64,000 nt of DNA from NCBI GenBank assembly GCA_038245295.1, contig JBBRSP010000014.1, forward strand, positions 64,001 to 128,000. The letters are read 5' to 3'. Shown here one piece after another: positions 59,936-64,000 of this stretch (positions are counted from its first letter, which is position 1; every line of letters begins with the position of its first letter). Source of the DNA: Candidatus Binatia bacterium (GTDB lineage Bacteria > Desulfobacterota > Binatia > HRBIN30). The notes beneath the pieces were generated by a model. That model had not been told where the DNA came from. It saw only the letters and a list, made by a program, of their open reading frames with translations, and searched no databases. The position numbers were made by a program, and so were the translations under genes.

Positions 59936-60790
59936 TTACAATGTGCTGGCAACGCAGCGATTGCGCAGCGTGCCGATGTTTTCGATGGTGCTGATGATCA
60001 CTTCATCAGCTTTCAGGTAGCGACGCGGGTTGCGCGTTGAGCCGACGCCCGCCGGTGTCCCGGTGAAGATGAGATCGCCCGGCGTCAGAGTGCAGCGCCG
60101 CGATAGGAATGCGATCAAGCTCGACACCGAGAAGATCAGATCGCTGGTGCGCGCCCCCTGCACCTGTTCGTCGCCAATCCAACACTCGAGCTCGAGGTCG
60201 TTAGGGTCCTTGAACGCATCGAGGGTCACCAGCAGCGGCCCGGTCGGCCCGTAGGTATCGTACGACTTGCCCATCGAGAACTGCGGCGGTGTATCGGCGA
60301 ACTGCGCCTTGCGGTCCGAGATGTCCTGCCCGACAGTAAACCCGGCCACGTGGTCGAGCGCGTTCTCTTCGGAGATGCCACGCCCGCCTTTGCCGATCGC
60401 CACAACCAATTCCACTTCCCAATCGACGTGCCCCGAGGACAGCTCGACATCGACGAACGGGCCGCTGATGCAATTGGGGAACTTGGTGAACACCACCGGC
60501 GCGGTTGGAATGGGCATACCGGCTTCGGTGGCGTGGGCGCGGTAGTTCATGCCGATACCGAAGACCTTGAGCGGGCGTGGTACCGGCGCACCGAGATCGC
60601 CATCGATGAGCGGCGCTTCCGTATCACCCGGAAGCAAGCCAGTGGCCCAATCGAGCAGACTCGGCCAGCGCCGCACGGCATCCATCGGATCCGAGGTGAA
60701 CTTTCCCTTCGACGCGCGTTCAACGTCGGCGACCCGATCGCCGATGACAATCGAAGCCCTACCCTTCACATTCGCGAATCGCACACTCAT
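59936..60790 (-). CDS. Fumarylacetoacetate hydrolase family protein
   Basis: [43 protein letters not shown]. Confidence 0.93.
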   Translation of the reverse strand: MSVRFANVKGRASIVIGDRVADVERASKGKFTSDPMDAVRRWPSLLDWATGLLPGDTEAPLIDGDLGAPVPRPLKVFGIGMNYRAHATEAGMPIPTAPVVFTKFPNCISGPFVDVELSSGHVDWEVELVVAIGKGGRGISEENALDHVAGFTVGQDISDRKAQFADTPPQFSMGKSYDTYGPTGPLLVTLDAFKDPNDLELECWIGDEQVQGARTSDLIFSVSSLIAFLSRRCTLTPGDLIFTGTPAGVGSTRNPRRYLKADEVIISTIENIGTLRNRCVASTL

Positions 60791-60805
60791 TGCGGCGCCT
60801 TGCTC

Positions 60806-61855
60806 CTACAAGCCATAGGCCTGTGCCAACTCGGGGTCTTTGCGAGCCAACATGGTGGCCAGGTTGACCATCACTTTGCACTGCTTCCAGGTCGCATCGT
60901 CCTGCATCTTGCCGTCGATCATTTGCACACCACGGCCGTCGGGCATCGCCTCGAGCACGCGTTTGGCGAAGATAACTTCGTCGACCGGCGGGCTGAAGAC
61001 TTTCTTGGCGATGGCAATCTGACTCGGGTGGAGCGACCAGGCACCGACACAGCCGAGAAGAAAGGCGGCGCGGAACTGATCCTCACATCCCAGGGGATCG
61101 GAGATATCGCCGAACGGTCCATAGAAAGGTAGCGCCCCCGTGGCGGTGCAAGCATCGACCATGCGCGCGATCGAATAGTGCCAGGGGTCTTGCTGCGACG
61201 TCGGACGCGGCGCCTCCGGATGCGCCTTGTCGGGGTCGCTGCGCACCAGGTACGCCGGGTGTCCGCCGCCGACGCGCGTCGTTTTCATGCGGCGCGACGC
61301 AGCCAGGTCGGCCGGTCCAAAACTGATTCCCTGGATGCGCGGGCTGGCGGCACAGATTTCCTCGACATTGGCAACGCCGAGCGCCGTCTCGAGGATGGCG
61401 TGCACCAAAATCGGCCGCTGAACTTTATGGCGGGCTTCGAGTTGTGCCAGCAGGCGATCGACGAAGTGAATGTCCCACGGGCCCTCGACCTTGGGGATCA
61501 TAAGGACTTCGAGTTTGTTGCCGATTTCGCCGACCAGCCGCATGACATCGTCGAGGAACCACGGGCTATCGAGGCTGTTGACGCGACTCCACAACGGCGT
61601 ATCGCCGAGATCCACCTCGCGGCCAATCTTGACCAGTCCTTCGCGCGCGTCGACCTTTTTGTCGAAGGGAATGGCGTCTTCCAGATTGCCCAGCAGAATG
61701 TCGGTCTGCTTGGCAATCTCGGGCAGTTTCGCGGCCATCTTCGGATTGCTGCCGTCGAAGAAATGGATCGAGCGGGACGGCTTGACGGGAATGTCGAGCA
61801 TCGGAGTCGGCGCGCCAACAGCGAGTGGCTTGCCGAAATCGCGAGGATTGCGCAT
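60806..61855 (-). CDS. mcl: Malyl-CoA / beta-methylmalyl-CoA lyase (CitE family, Chloroflexus Mcl-like)
   Basis: [70 protein letters not shown], matching my recollection of Mcl. Confidence 0.88.
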   Translation of the reverse strand: MRNPRDFGKPLAVGAPTPMLDIPVKPSRSIHFFDGSNPKMAAKLPEIAKQTDILLGNLEDAIPFDKKVDAREGLVKIGREVDLGDTPLWSRVNSLDSPWFLDDVMRLVGEIGNKLEVLMIPKVEGPWDIHFVDRLLAQLEARHKVQRPILVHAILETALGVANVEEICAASPRIQGISFGPADLAASRRMKTTRVGGGHPAYLVRSDPDKAHPEAPRPTSQQDPWHYSIARMVDACTATGALPFYGPFGDISDPLGCEDQFRAAFLLGCVGAWSLHPSQIAIAKKVFSPPVDEVIFAKRVLEAMPDGRGVQMIDGKMQDDATWKQCKVMVNLATMLARKDPELAQAYGL

Positions 61856-62083
61856 CGGTCATCCTTTCCTGCCGACGACGCCGGGCGTCGCCAGTTCAAT
61901 CAGGGGCGTAAGTGAAAATCTCTAACCACGCACTGCTCGATGAGGCAACGATCCCACGGTGAGGAATTTTCAGGGTCTTATTAGGCAGGCACGCCGCCCC
62001 ACAGCCGGCCACCCGACGATCGCTCGCCAACCGATCTCAGCCGGGTCCGCAGCAAATTTGAGCGCTGGTGGCGGTCAGCGTTC

Positions 62084-62290
62084 TTGTCACAAGGCATCGT
62101 TCGGTGCACAGAGCTGACGGAGAAGGAGGGCCGCAAGGCCGGACTCTACCGCTCGACCTTCGGATCGTCCCACGGTGTGGAAATTGCCGACGCGCTGATC
62201 GCCGCAACCGCCCACACGCACGGTTTCACCCTGTGCACCCGCAACCTGAAGCACTACCCGATGCGCGACCTGAAGAAGCTACGTGTATAG
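62084..62290 (+). pseudogene. C-terminal fragment of a PIN-domain (VapC-like) toxin
   Basis: ADALIAATA..HGFTLCTRNLKHYP; N-terminal DT motif and antitoxin gene absent. Confidence 0.75.
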
Positions 62291-62336
62291 CCACCACGGA
62301 GCCACGCACGGGGGTGCGCCATCTGACACCCGTGGC

Positions 62337-64000
62337 TCAGGCCGCGTGGCGATCCGTACCGATCGTGTGGATGATGTCACCGATGATTTCGGTGAGCGTC
62401 GACTGCCCCGGGGTATAGATGCGCCGCACACCGGCGGCGTGCAGCTTCTTGTGATCGGCGTCCGGGATGATGCCGCCGACGAACACCGGCACGTCCGCCA
62501 GGCCTTTCTGCTTCAGCAACTCGGTGATCCGCGGGATCAAGGTCATGTGCGAACCGGAGTGGATCGATAGACCAATCGCGTCGACATCCTCTTGCAATGC
62601 CGACTCGACGATCTGCTCGGGCGTCAACCGGATACCGTCGTAGATCACTTCCATGCCCGCCTCTTTGGCGCGCACCGCCACCTGCTCCGCTCCGTTCGAG
62701 TGGCCGTCGAGCCCGGGCTTGGCAACCAGCAAGCGAATCGGATGGCCGATCTGCTTGGCGACGCTAGCCGCATGGTTGCGCACATCAGTCAGCCGCACGC
62801 TGTCACCCGTGAAGGTGGCGCCGCGCAGGCCCGTAGGAGCACGATATTCACCGAACACCTGACGCAGCGTCGAAGACCACTCTCCGGTAGTCACCCCGGC
62901 GTGCGCGGCACGAATCGACACCGGCATGATGTTGCTGCCGTTCTTGGCTGCATCGGCCAGGGCGCGCAGCGCCGCCTCGACGTCGGCTTTGTTACGCTTG
63001 GCGCGGAAGGCCTGCAGACGCTCGATCTGACTGCGTTCGGCATCGGCTTCGACAACCAGAATGTTCTCGGCGTCGCCGCCGGCGACGAGGGGCGACGGCT
63101 CATGCTCGGTGAACTTGTTGACGCCGACGACGACAAGATCACCACTCTCGATGCGCCGTTGGCGTTCGGCGTGGCTCGCCACCAGCGACGTTTTCATCGA
63201 CTCGATCGCCTGCGCCGCATCACCAAGCGACAGCACCCGCGCCAACTCGGCCTCGGCGCCGTCGCTGATCTCCTTCACCTTGGCTTCGATGACCTTTGAA
63301 CCCTCGAAGATATCGCCTTCGTACTCGAGGACGTCGGTCTCGAACGCCAAAACCTGCTGGATGCGCAGCGACCATTGCTGATCCCAAGGTCGCGGCAAGC
63401 CGAGCGCCTCGTTCCACGCCGGCAACTGCACCGAGCGGGCGCGCGCCTCTTTGGAGAGCGTGACCGCGAGCATCTCGAGGACGATGCGCTGCACGTTGTT
63501 CTCAGGTTGCTGCGCCGTCAGGCCGAGCGAGTTGACCTGCACGCCGTAGCGAAAGCGGCGCTTGGCGGCGTCTTCGATGCCGTATCGCTCGCGCATGTGT
63601 TTGTCCCACAGGCGCGTGAAGGCTTTGAGTTTGCACATCTCTTCGATGAAGCGGATGCCGGCGTTGACGAAGAACGAAATGGCGCCGACGACATTGGGCA
63701 TCGCCACACCCGGGCGGGCCTTGACGCGATCGAGGATGGCAAACGAGTTGGCCAGAGAGAACGCCACTTCCTGGACCGGCGTCGCGCCGGCTTCTTGCAA
63801 GTGGTAGCTGCAGATGTTCACCGGGTTCCACTTCGGAATGTTTTCGACGGTGTACTCGATGGTGTCGGCGGTCAGACGCAAGGACGGCTCCGGCGGAAAG
63901 GCGTAGGTGCCGCGGGCCAGGAACTCCTTGAGGATGTCGTTCTGCGTCGTGCCACGCAGGTCGCGCGGCGTCGCACCCTGACGTTCGGCCGTGGCCACAT
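62337..64000 (-). CDS. ecm: Ethylmalonyl-CoA mutase (MeaA/Ecm), 5' end outside window
   Basis: RFRYGVQVNSLGLT.QQPENNV.RIVLEML.VTLSK.ARAR.VQLPAWNEALGLPRPWDQQWSLR; B12 motif KPGLDGHSNG. Confidence 0.9.
   Translation of the reverse strand, partial: VATAERQGATPRDLRGTTQNDILKEFLARGTYAFPPEPSLRLTADTIEYTVENIPKWNPVNICSYHLQEAGATPVQEVAFSLANSFAILDRVKARPGVAMPNVVGAISFFVNAGIRFIEEMCKLKAFTRLWDKHMRERYGIEDAAKRRFRYGVQVNSLGLTAQQPENNVQRIVLEMLAVTLSKEARARSVQLPAWNEALGLPRPWDQQWSLRIQQVLAFETDVLEYEGDIFEGSKVIEAKVKEISDGAEAELARVLSLGDAAQAIESMKTSLVASHAERQRRIESGDLVVVGVNKFTEHEPSPLVAGGDAENILVVEADAERSQIERLQAFRAKRNKADVEAALRALADAAKNGSNIMPVSIRAAHAGVTTGEWSSTLRQVFGEYRAPTGLRGATFTGDSVRLTDVRNHAASVAKQIGHPIRLLVAKPGLDGHSNGAEQVAVRAKEAGMEVIYDGIRLTPEQIVESALQEDVDAIGLSIHSGSHMTLIPRITELLKQKGLADVPVFVGGIIPDADHKKLHAAGVRRIYTPGQSTLTEIIGDIIHTIGTDRHAA

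Noticed and set aside
61856..62083. Cobalamin riboswitch or IS ends upstream of mcl
   Set aside because: No B12-box recognised; only a short TGAAAAT/ATTTTCA inverted match, too weak to call

Overview
GC-rich bacterial chromosomal window with about 48 CDS. No rRNA, tRNA, CRISPR array or transposase was seen. Gene content (many acyl-CoA enzymes, F420-type oxidoreductases, sigma54 regulators, secreted proteins with dockerin-like, Pro/Thr-linker and MYXO-CTERM-like modules) suggests a Binatota/deltaproteobacteria-like organism (inference). Left to right: (1) head of a minus-strand envelope/EPS-type operon (degenerate His-kinase, sigma54 regulator, ExeA-like ATPase with LysM and SPOR, RfaH/NusG paralogue, membrane protein); (2) PpiC, HupE/UreJ and DUF3604 triad plus a two-component system; (3) lipid catabolism genes; (4) a disrupted Ser/Thr kinase-AAA gene behind an ADC-like, FAD oxidoreductase and divergent methyltransferase cluster; (5) pdxH, patatin, a stand-alone catalytically degenerate Hint-domain gene, M16 peptidase, pyrE, a beta-propeller surface protein, an ABC-2 transporter, rfbB and a repeat-flanked four-helix-bundle gene; (6) a ~1940-aa multi-module polysaccharide-lyase-like protein; (7) acyl-CoA metabolism with methylmalonyl-CoA mutase, meaB, PEPCK, malyl-CoA lyase and ethylmalonyl-CoA mutase. 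The most striking non-coding structure is a ~160-bp MITE inserted in the loop of a REP palindrome at two loci in opposite orientations. It carries its own REP target and shows stacked 45-bp ends at one locus. All family calls come from motif recognition by eye, not database searches.
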